64,000 nucleotides of DNA from Rikenellaceae bacterium (GTDB taxonomy: Bacteria; Bacteroidota; Bacteroidia; Bacteroidales; Rikenellaceae): the NCBI GenBank assembly GCA_017935625.1, contig JAGBHC010000027.1:17913-81912 (forward strand). The letters run 5' to 3'. The translations under genes were made by a program, and so were the position numbers. Position 1 is the first letter of the stretch; every line of letters starts with the position of its first letter. Under the pieces are notes generated by a model. That model was not told where the DNA came from. It made no database searches and saw only the letters and a program-made list of their open reading frames with translations. Shown piece by piece: positions 36,660-45,159 of the stretch.

Positions 36660-37088
36660 ATGAATATCATGAAATTTATTCTGGTCGGCGCAACGATTAT
36701 CGCCCTCGCGGGATGCTGCGCCTGCCGCAAAGGCAAGAGCAACGCGGCGATGACCCTGACCGGAGTCACCTGGCAGGCCGACAAAATCGGCTCCAGCAGC
36801 CTCACCCCCCAGGACGACAGCTTCACCCTCCGCTTCGACGCCGACAACAAGGTGTCCGGCTGCGGCGCATGCAACCGCTTCTTCGGCTCCTACCGGAGCG
36901 ACGCCGAAGGGAAACTGACATTCGGAGAGATGGGCGCCACCAAAATGATGTGCCCCGACATGGAACTCGAAGACCGGATGTTCGACGCGTTGCACCGCAC
37001 CGTCTCCTACTCGTTCGACTCGCGCACCCTGCTGCTGCTCGACGGCGCAGGCGAAGTGGTGGCCGTCTTCTCTCCGAAAGAGGAGTAG
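36660..37088 (+). CDS. META-domain (HslJ-like) lipoprotein
   Basis: 142 aa with lipobox ALAGCCAC. LTGVTWQADKI...FTLRFDADNKVSGCGACNRFFGSY...MCPDMELEDRMFDAL pattern. Confidence 0.75.
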   Translation: MNIMKFILVGATIIALAGCCACRKGKSNAAMTLTGVTWQADKIGSSSLTPQDDSFTLRFDADNKVSGCGACNRFFGSYRSDAEGKLTFGEMGATKMMCPDMELEDRMFDALHRTVSYSFDSRTLLLLDGAGEVVAVFSPKEE

Positions 37089-37272
37089 GCGGTCCGCATT
37101 CCTGTCCCGGGGAGCGAGCGCAGCCCCGTTTCCGGGCAAGCGACGGCTCGCAAAAGCCGGGCCGGGCGATTCCGTCCCGCCGGCCGCAGCAGCCGCAGTG
37201 CCCCCCCGACGCCCCGAATGCCCCGAACACCCGAACGCCTCTCGGCTCCCTACGCGGAGAGCTATACCTACA

Positions 37273-37304
37273 AAAAGGGCTGTCCAGTTAGGACAGCCCT
37301 TTTT
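37273..37304 (+). terminator. Terminator after the META-domain gene
   Basis: aaaagggctgtcc / ggacagccctttt stem with a T-run. Confidence 0.7.
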
Positions 37305-37649
37305 CGACGCCCGGGTCCGCTGCCGGCAAACTACTTAAAAGCTCGGATAAAATGGGATTAGGAATTGCAGCGCCCCGAAGATTGCGTCCCAGAACGGTTC
37401 TCACGTCTCTTTCCCGTATGCTGTTTCTTTCATTCTTTTCAAACGGGCCCCCGCCGGAACACTCCGGCAAGGGGCATTTTGTCGGCTTACAAAACTATTG
37501 CAAAGGTCGGTGTTTGCAAGGCTCCGCACAATCCCCACTTGTTGGGTATTTGCCTCCGACCCCTCGCCACATGAAGTTATCCGCAACGGCCGGGAGCGTA
37601 ACTCTTTTACGGATTTACCTACCAATATGACGGAGATGTGCGACCGGGC

Positions 37650-37790
37650 GCCGATTCGACCCGATTTTTCACTATATTTGTCTCAGACGAATCGCCCGGC
37701 GACCGTATGCCGTCCTGCAGACGACCATACTTTCGTTTTTCACCGAATATGCGTATATTTGTCTCAGACGAACCGCCCCGCCGAGAATGC
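37650..37790 (+). repeat. Two diverged copies (81-bp period) of the same promoter-bearing unit, upstream of the AraC gene
   Basis: tatatttgtctcagacgaaYcgcc occurs twice, with perfect TATATTTG boxes at 37673-37680 and 37754-37761. The unit aligns with the 36378-36625 unit (cgaatat..tatttg.ctc...cgaaccgc). Confidence 0.75.
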
Positions 37791-37827
37791 GATGCCGACC
37801 CGATAACACGAACGAACCAAAAACGCC

Positions 37828-38727
37828 ATGGAAAAAGAGATTACCCGATTCGACTCGATATGCCAATACAACGACTACCTGGGGCAGCCGACGCTCCATC
37901 CGCTGGTGAGCGTAATCGACATGTCGAAGGCTCCGCTACTGAAAAGCAGACGCTATATCTTCGGCTTCTACGTCGTATTTCTCAAAGACGTCAAATGCGG
38001 CGACATGCTCTACGGACGCCACTACTACGACTACCAGGAGGGGACGCTCGTGTTTCTGGCTCCGGGGCAGGTCATCGGAATAGACAATCCCGACCTGACG
38101 GTCCGCCCCAAGGGGATGGCCCTCTGCTTCCATCCCGACCTGCTGCGCAACACCTCGCTGGGCCGCAACATGAAAGAGTACACCTTCTTCTCCTACGAGG
38201 TGAACGAAGCCCTGCACCTCTCGCAGCAGGAGCGGAACACGATACTCGACTGTCTGTCCAACATCGACGTCGAACTGCAACACGCCATCGACAAACACAG
38301 CAAGACACTCATCGTCTCCAACATCGAGCTCTTTCTCAACTACTGCATCCGCTTCTACGACCGCCAGTTCATCACCCGCAACCACGTCAATTCCGACCTG
38401 CTGGGGCGTTTCGAACGGCTGCTCGACGACTATTTCCACTCCGACAAACCCCACACGCTGGGCCTGCCCTCCGTCAGGTGGTGCGCCGGAGAGCTCAACC
38501 TCTCGCCCAACTACTTCGGCGACCTGATTAAGAAGGAGACCGGACAGTCGGCTTCGGAGCACATCCAGCAGAAGCTGATAAACACGGCCAAAGAGCGGAT
38601 TTTCGACACGGGACTATCCATCAGCCAGATAGCCTATTCGCTCGGATTCCAGTATCCCCAGCACTTCAGCCGCCTGTTCAAGAAACACGTCGGCTGCTCG
38701 CCCAACGAATACCGGTTCCGGAGCTGA
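37828..38727 (+). CDS. AraC-family transcriptional regulator
   Basis: 299 aa. Bacteroidetes-type N-terminal domain and a C-terminal double HTH (LNLSPNYFGDLIKKETGQSASEHIQQKLINTAKERI...ISQIAYSLGFQYPQHFSRLFKKHVGCSPNEYR). Confidence 0.9.
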   Translation: MEKEITRFDSICQYNDYLGQPTLHPLVSVIDMSKAPLLKSRRYIFGFYVVFLKDVKCGDMLYGRHYYDYQEGTLVFLAPGQVIGIDNPDLTVRPKGMALCFHPDLLRNTSLGRNMKEYTFFSYEVNEALHLSQQERNTILDCLSNIDVELQHAIDKHSKTLIVSNIELFLNYCIRFYDRQFITRNHVNSDLLGRFERLLDDYFHSDKPHTLGLPSVRWCAGELNLSPNYFGDLIKKETGQSASEHIQQKLINTAKERIFDTGLSISQIAYSLGFQYPQHFSRLFKKHVGCSPNEYRFRS

Positions 38728-38973
38728 CCCCCCCGCGGCACAAACCCCTCCGCCCGCAACGCCAAGAGAGAAAGAGGGCAAACGAATCCGACACCATGCG
38801 ACCAGAGAGGTCGGAACTCGCCCCGTTATTAAAAATTTTACTATCTTCCATCTTTTTCCGCACCTCCGGCAAAAAACGCCCCGACACCCCGCCGTTTCGC
38901 CGAAACATGCAGGAGAAGCGCATATTTTCTACATTTTATTGCCGATTGATGCGAAAAACGGGCAAAAAATCAT

Positions 38974-38981
38974 TACATTTG
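38974..38981 (+). promoter_or_regulatory. -7 box (TACATTTG) upstream of susC-like gene
   Basis: Perfect TAnnTTTG about 258 nt upstream of the ATG at 39239. Confidence 0.35.
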
Positions 38982-39238
38982 TGTCATGCTTGCGAAGAGC
39001 AGATATTTTAAAAAATTTAAACAACTAACTATACCCCTTAACTTAAAGAAACTAAAGAAGACCCTATCCCCCCATTCGGAAACAGACCGGCATTTCTGTG
39101 AGAAACGACGGGCAAGGCCCGCCAAAGCATATACCTTAAATATATAGCCATGTTCTTCGAACCCGGCACGACAGTCGGCGACACATGGTCTCGAAACAAT
39201 GCCAGCCGAAAAACTAACCAGAACTAACCTAATGTATC

Positions 39239-42200
39239 ATGATGAAATCTAGACTATTTCTGAGATTATTCGCCACTATCTCCGCCTTGCTTATCGGGGG
39301 GGGGATTCTGGCTCAGACCCAGACTGTTACGGTATCGGGTACCGTTATTGACGACAAAGGCGCCCCCATCGCGGGCGTAGGAATCACGGTTCCCGGCACC
39401 ACCATCGGTACCGCGACCAACGGCGACGGAACCTACACCATCAGCGTTCCCGCCAACGCGACCCTCAACTTTTCGTTCATCGGTTACACTCCCGTAACCA
39501 AAGCCGTAGGCAACCAGACCAAAATCGACGTCACGATGAACGAGGACGTACTGAAAATCGACGACGTAGTGGTGGTCGGTTACGGTACCCTCACCAAACG
39601 AAGCGTCACCACCGCCATCTCCTCCGTGGAGGGCTCCAAGTTCGCCGACATGCCCGTGAACAACGTGGCACAGGGTATGGTCGGACTGGTATCGGGCGTG
39701 ACCTTCCAGCAGATTAGCGGTCAGCCCGGCGAAGCCCCCGCCATCCGTATCCGCGGTGCGGGCTCCATCAACAACTCCAACGACCCGCTCTTCGTCATCG
39801 ACGGCTATCCGACCGACGACAGCGAGCTGTTCGTGAACCTCTCTCCCGGCGACATCCAGAGCATCGACATCCTCAAGGATGCGGCTTCGGCTGCCATCTA
39901 CGGTTCGAGAGCCGGTAACGGTGTCATCATCGTCACCACCAAACACGGACAGAGCGGCAAACCCAATATCCGCTTCGACGCCCTGGTGGGTATCGACCAG
40001 CCGATGAAGTACCTCGACGTACTCAACCGCGACCAGTTCGTGGACATGGTCAAGGACGCACGGAAAAATCAGGGCATGGACCCCCTGCCCCTGCTCGAAA
40101 ACCCCAGCCTGCTGCCCGACACCGACTGGCAGAAACTCATCTTCCGCAACGCCCTCACCCAGCGCTACAACCTCTCGGTGAACGGCGGTTCGGACAAGAT
40201 GCGCTACGCATTCTCGGCCAGCTACCAGGACCAGGAGGGTATTCTGCTCAACTCGTTCAACAACCGTATCAGCGTCAAGGGTTCGTTCGACGTGAACCTG
40301 AGCAAGTATGTGAAAATCGGCGTCAGCTTCTCGCCCACATACAGCAAGACCCGCAGCCAGGACCCCACCGGAGGCAACACCTCCATCACCTCGGGCGCCG
40401 TGGCCGACGCACTCTCCATGCCGCCCATCTACGAGCCCTACCTCGAGAACGGCGACTACTTCCAGATTAAGCAACACGCCAGCGAAACCGGCTTCAACGT
40501 ACAGTTGCTCAACCCGCTCAGCAAGCTGAACGAAATCAAGAACGACCGTACCGCCATCCGCACCCGCAACCAGGCGTACATCGAAATCAAACCCATCAAG
40601 GGTCTGGTGCTCAACTCCAGCTTCAACTTCTCCTCCAACTCTTCCAAGCAGGAGTACTACGTGACCGCATACAACCCCGGCAGCGACCGTTCGGGTAACA
40701 AATCGACCCCCAACCTGGCCGCCATCGACGCCTACCGCCGCAGCGGCTTCGGCTACAACGTATACTGGTCTTCGACCGCCAACTACTCCTTCACCCTGGC
40801 CGACGACCACAACTTCGTGGCCCTGCTGGGTTACGACGTAGCCTACGACTCGGGCTTCTCGGTTCGTCAGGACGACCGCACCGACTCCGACTACCCCATC
40901 GCCTACGACAACACCACCATCACCAACGTGAACGGCGCCCTGCTCTACAACGGTTCGTCGTCGTTCGACGAGTATGCCTTCGACGCCGTGTTCGGACGTC
41001 TGAACTACGACTACAAGGGCAAATACCTCGTTTCGGGTTCGGTGCGCCGCGACCGCTCCAGCAAGTTCGGCTCCGACAACCGTTCGGGTATCTTCTGGTC
41101 GGCATCGGCCGCATGGAACCTCGCCGAGGAGTCGTGGCTCCAGGGCCAGAAATCGTGGCTCTCGGTGGCCAAAATCCGCGCCAGCTACGGTGTGACGGGC
41201 AACGACCGCATCGGCAACAACTACGCATGGCTCTCGACCATGAAGAAAGACCACCACGTCATCTTCGGACAGGGCACCGACGCTTCGCGCGTGACCGCAT
41301 ACTATCCCGGCGGATACTCCAACTCGCAGCTCGGCTGGGAGAAGAACCGTCAGTGGGACCTGGGATTCGACATCGGCCTGTTCCGCAGGGTGAACATCAA
41401 CATCGACCTCTACAAGCGTAACAGCAACGTCATCATGAACGCCTCCATCCCCAACTTCAACGGCAAGAGCGGCTCCATCATGATGAACGCCGGCGAGGTG
41501 CAGAACAAGGGTCTCGAGTTCAACATCACCTCTCCCATCCTGGTCAAGAACTTCAAGTGGACCTCGAACCTCAACTTCTCGATGAACCGCAACAAAATCG
41601 TCTCGCTGGCCGACGGCATGACCCAGCTCGCGAACGGCCGCGCCGGAGCATGGGGCAATGTCATCCGCAACTACGTGGGCCGTCCGATGGGCGACATGTA
41701 CATGTACATCGTGGAGGGCACCTTCAATACCCCGGAAGACCTGGCCAAGTATGCCAAGAAGGGTTCGCAGGGCCTGGGCGACCTCCGCTTCAAGGACGTG
41801 GACAAGAGCGGCAGCATCGACGTAAACGACATGGAGCATGTGGGCAACTACCAGCCCAAGCTGACCTTTGGTTTCTCGAACCAGTTCTCCTACAAGAACT
41901 TCGACTTCTCGTTCGTGCTCGACGGACAGGTCGGCGGCAAGATTATCTTCGGTATCGCACGCCCCATCTCGCTGAACCGCTGGATGGAGAACGCCCTGAC
42001 CATTTCGGCCGAAAACCGCTGGCGTTCGCCCGAGGAGCCCGGCAACGGCAAATCGCACAAGGCCGGTTCCGCCAACATGGGTTCGAACATCGACGCGAGC
42101 ACCCGATTCCTCTACAAGTCCGACTTCCTGAGAATCCGCAACGTGTCGCTGGGTTACACCGTGCCGGAGCGCATCGTCAAGAAACTCGGCCTGAAGGGCG

Positions 42201-42364
42201 TCCGCTTCAACATCACCGCCCAGAACCTGCACATGTTCACCGAATATCCCGGTTACTCGCCCGAAGCCAACCAGAACGGCAACTCGGCGACCAACAACGG
42301 TGTGGACTTCGGCTGCTACCCCATCGCCCGTTCGATTACCTTCGGTGCGAACTTCAGCTTCTAA
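39239..42364 (+). CDS. SusC/RagA-family TonB-dependent outer membrane receptor
   Basis: 1041 aa. CarboxypepD_reg-like N-domain (TVSGTVIDDKGAPIAGVGI...), DVVVVGYGT TonB-box region, plug, and a C-terminus ending ITFGANFSF. Confidence 0.95.
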   Translation: MMKSRLFLRLFATISALLIGGGILAQTQTVTVSGTVIDDKGAPIAGVGITVPGTTIGTATNGDGTYTISVPANATLNFSFIGYTPVTKAVGNQTKIDVTMNEDVLKIDDVVVVGYGTLTKRSVTTAISSVEGSKFADMPVNNVAQGMVGLVSGVTFQQISGQPGEAPAIRIRGAGSINNSNDPLFVIDGYPTDDSELFVNLSPGDIQSIDILKDAASAAIYGSRAGNGVIIVTTKHGQSGKPNIRFDALVGIDQPMKYLDVLNRDQFVDMVKDARKNQGMDPLPLLENPSLLPDTDWQKLIFRNALTQRYNLSVNGGSDKMRYAFSASYQDQEGILLNSFNNRISVKGSFDVNLSKYVKIGVSFSPTYSKTRSQDPTGGNTSITSGAVADALSMPPIYEPYLENGDYFQIKQHASETGFNVQLLNPLSKLNEIKNDRTAIRTRNQAYIEIKPIKGLVLNSSFNFSSNSSKQEYYVTAYNPGSDRSGNKSTPNLAAIDAYRRSGFGYNVYWSSTANYSFTLADDHNFVALLGYDVAYDSGFSVRQDDRTDSDYPIAYDNTTITNVNGALLYNGSSSFDEYAFDAVFGRLNYDYKGKYLVSGSVRRDRSSKFGSDNRSGIFWSASAAWNLAEESWLQGQKSWLSVAKIRASYGVTGNDRIGNNYAWLSTMKKDHHVIFGQGTDASRVTAYYPGGYSNSQLGWEKNRQWDLGFDIGLFRRVNINIDLYKRNSNVIMNASIPNFNGKSGSIMMNAGEVQNKGLEFNITSPILVKNFKWTSNLNFSMNRNKIVSLADGMTQLANGRAGAWGNVIRNYVGRPMGDMYMYIVEGTFNTPEDLAKYAKKGSQGLGDLRFKDVDKSGSIDVNDMEHVGNYQPKLTFGFSNQFSYKNFDFSFVLDGQVGGKIIFGIARPISLNRWMENALTISAENRWRSPEEPGNGKSHKAGSANMGSNIDASTRFLYKSDFLRIRNVSLGYTVPERIVKKLGLKGVRFNITAQNLHMFTEYPGYSPEANQNGNSATNNGVDFGCYPIARSITFGANFSF

Positions 42365-42410
42365 GCTAAAGCAACGTGCAAAAACTTAAATTCAAAAACG
42401 GACAAGAACT

Positions 42411-43919
42411 ATGAAAAAATCGATATTTATTCTTGCAGCGGGTCTGGCCCTGGCATCTTGCAGCGAATCGTTCTTCGAGAAATTCCCCACGGACAGCCTG
42501 ACCCCCGAAAACTACCTGAAGAGCACCGAGGAGATTCAGAACGAACTCTACGACGGATACTACACCCTGAGAAACCTCACCCAGCCCATCGTCATGATTA
42601 ACGAAGTGGGAACCGACAACGGCTACAACTGGAAGCTCAACAACTCGGAGTCGCACATCCGCCTCAACGAATCGACGCTCACCTCGACCAACAGCTTCTC
42701 GAACGACGTATGGCTCCAGTGCTACACGCTCATCAACCGTTGCAACACCGTGCTCGACAACATCGACCACGTGGCCATGCCCGAAACCACCCGCGCACAG
42801 CTCAGCAACGAGGCCAAGTTCCTGAGAGCCTACGGCTACTTCACGCTGGTACGCATCTTCGGCGCCGTGCCTTTCACCGAGCACGACATCACCAACTACC
42901 GCGAACTCTACTCCTACGGCCGTACTCCCGTGGAGGAGATTTACAGCAACAGCATCATCCCCGACCTGAAAGCCGCCTGCGCGCTGCCCGACTTCTACAC
43001 CGCCAATTCGTCCATCGGACGCGTCACCGGCGTAGCGGCCCGCACGCTGCTCGCCGACGTCTACATGACGCTCAAGGATTTCGATTCGGCCAAACCCCTG
43101 CTCGCCGAAGTGGTCGGCAAAGAGGGCGCACGCCTGGGCCTGATGGACAACTACGCCGACATCTTCACCGCCGACAACTCCAACAACAAGGAGGTGATTT
43201 TCGCCGTGGGCTACGCTTCGGGCTTCTCTCCCGCACTGGGCAACTACCTGATGAATTCGTGCCTGCCCACCAGCTTCGGCACCCTGCCCGGCAGCCGCAT
43301 CACCGGCGTGGGCACCTTCTTCCTCACCTACGACCTGAGAGATTCGTTCGACCCGGCCGACAAGCGTCTGGAGACCATTTACAGAGGATTCCACGACCCC
43401 GACCGCAACAACGTCGAGGTGACCACCACGCTCAAATACTACGACAAGAACAATGACCTGGCAGGACGCGCTTCGGCCGACAGCGGCTGCGACTGGATTA
43501 TCTACCGCTACGCCGACGTGCTGCTGATGTATGCCGAGTGTCTGAACGAGGCCGACAAGAACCCCGCCGGAGCTATCGCCCAAATCGAGCGTGTCCGCAC
43601 CCGTGCCGGTCTGACCACCGACATCCCCGCCAACCAGGCCGACGTGAGACTGGCCATCGAAAACGAGCGCCGTCTGGAGCTCTACGGCGAAGGCCACCGC
43701 TGGTACGACCTGCTGCGTACGGGCCGTCTGCAACCCGTGATGAACGCCCACTTCAAGATGACCGTTCCCGGAGGAACCACCGGAGCCGCCGCCATCAAGG
43801 ACTTCATGTACGGAGACGGAACCTGCTCCATCGAAGATTTCGAGCTGCTCTTCCCGCTGCCTTACGACCAGCAGAAGCTGATGCCCGAAAAACTTCCCCA
43901 GAATCCGCAGTACAACTAA
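42411..43919 (+). CDS. SusD/RagB-family nutrient-binding lipoprotein
   Basis: 502 aa with lipobox LALASCSES. RAYGYFTLVRIFGAVP and ERRLELYGEGHRWYDLLR are hallmark SusD motifs. Confidence 0.95.
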   Translation: MKKSIFILAAGLALASCSESFFEKFPTDSLTPENYLKSTEEIQNELYDGYYTLRNLTQPIVMINEVGTDNGYNWKLNNSESHIRLNESTLTSTNSFSNDVWLQCYTLINRCNTVLDNIDHVAMPETTRAQLSNEAKFLRAYGYFTLVRIFGAVPFTEHDITNYRELYSYGRTPVEEIYSNSIIPDLKAACALPDFYTANSSIGRVTGVAARTLLADVYMTLKDFDSAKPLLAEVVGKEGARLGLMDNYADIFTADNSNNKEVIFAVGYASGFSPALGNYLMNSCLPTSFGTLPGSRITGVGTFFLTYDLRDSFDPADKRLETIYRGFHDPDRNNVEVTTTLKYYDKNNDLAGRASADSGCDWIIYRYADVLLMYAECLNEADKNPAGAIAQIERVRTRAGLTTDIPANQADVRLAIENERRLELYGEGHRWYDLLRTGRLQPVMNAHFKMTVPGGTTGAAAIKDFMYGDGTCSIEDFELLFPLPYDQQKLMPEKLPQNPQYN

Positions 43920-43949
43920 CCGTCCGAACGGAACAACGAAAAACGAGAG

Positions 43950-44660
43950 GTGCGCCCGCCCGGGTGCGCCTCTCGTTTTCTTTCCGCACCCTCCTCCCGC
44001 CTGTTCCCTGCATCCGCTCTCCTTTCATCGGTCATCCCCCTTCACCATCCACCCTCTTTCCATCGACCGCACCATGCCCCTTTGTCAATTTCCGCTCCAT
44101 CGGCCGCACCCTCTTTCATCGTCCACTTCTCTATCCACCGACCCTTCCCCACATCCACCCTCTTCCCATCGGCTGGCCCGTACCTCTTTATTCGTCTCCC
44201 TCCAATCGCTCACCAGCCCTTCTCCATCTGCTCTCTTGTTATCAGCCGTCCCCCACCCCGTCACCCCCAGCTTTCCATCGACCGGCCCATATCTCTTTAT
44301 CCGTCTCCTCTCCATCGACCTGTCCACTTCTCCGGCCGGCCCCTCCAACATCCGCCCTTTCTCCACCGGCCGCCCCCACTCTTATTGTCCTCTTCCTTTC
44401 CCTGTCCACGCCCCTTTTCCGGAGCGGCTCTCCGTCCGCACCCCGACCGCTCTCCGAACGTTTCCCGCTTCCCTTTCCGAAACCCTTTCCCGAGGCCCCC
44501 TCTCCCGAGGCGAAGCCCCGTTCCGCGGGTTCCCCCTCCTTGCCGGGTCACCCGCAGCAGGGCCCTCTCCGCAGCAGCCGGAACCATTCCGTCCCCACGG
44601 TCTCTGCCCGACGAGAAAAAACCTCCGGCGGAAACCGGACGAAACGCTTTTCCTAAACAA
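43950..44660 (+). repeat. About 700-bp pyrimidine-rich (C/T on the plus strand) low-complexity non-coding tract
   Basis: Degenerate reiteration of ctttccatcgaccg / ccctctttcat / tccaccg motifs, with few purines. The ORFs across it are Pro/Ser/Leu low-complexity in all frames. Confidence 0.85.
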
Positions 44661-44891
44661 ATGAAAAATTGCACTAAAAATTCAGGAATCCTGCACAGAA
44701 CGCACTCAACGGCACATTTTCGACCGAAACTATCATTATTAAGGCAATTTAGACTACAAATGGCTTGTTAAAATGTAAGCAAAAATGACAAAAACAGTTA
44801 TAATTATTAATCAACTTTCCCCAATATTACAAAAAGACCGCAACGCGGCAAAAAAAATTTATTTTCCTCTTTAACGAAATTTTTTAATGAA

Positions 44892-44899
44892 TACATTTG
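44892..44899 (+). promoter_or_regulatory. -7 box (TACATTTG) upstream of the TonB-dependent receptor operon
   Basis: Perfect TAnnTTTG in an AT-rich stretch, about 260 nt upstream of the ATG at 45160. Confidence 0.4.
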
Positions 44900-45159
44900 C
44901 CGATACCCTCCAGAATGGTCTGGAAGGCACATTCGGCATTTCGGAACACCGATTTTTTTCGTAATAGCCCCCGCCGGAACGAGTCCCGCCCGATGCGCCG
45001 CAAAGGTCCTCCGAACACCCCCGAAGAGGGGATGGCAGTTCCGACAAATACCGCAAAGTGGCGATTGTCGCCCGGAAACCGACAAACTACCTTTGCCAAC
45101 CGAAACAGGAAACGAAACGATAACAATAGATGAAGAATTCACTTTAAACGACAACGCCT

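Noticed and set aside
43950-44771. 273-aa Pro/Ser/Leu-rich ORF (plus overlapping ORFs in the other frames) as a possible secreted repetitive protein
   Set aside because: All three plus-strand frames are open and equally low-complexity. That is a property of the polypyrimidine DNA and not of a gene. There is no signal peptide, no promoter context and no codon periodicity.
44900-45159. Cobalamin or TPP riboswitch in the leader of the TonB-dependent receptor
   Set aside because: I could not find a B12 box (AGYCMGGAGACCKGCC-like) or the TPP CUGAGA / ACCUGAUCUGGAUAAUGCCAGCG cores by eye. An Infernal scan is needed before claiming any riboswitch.
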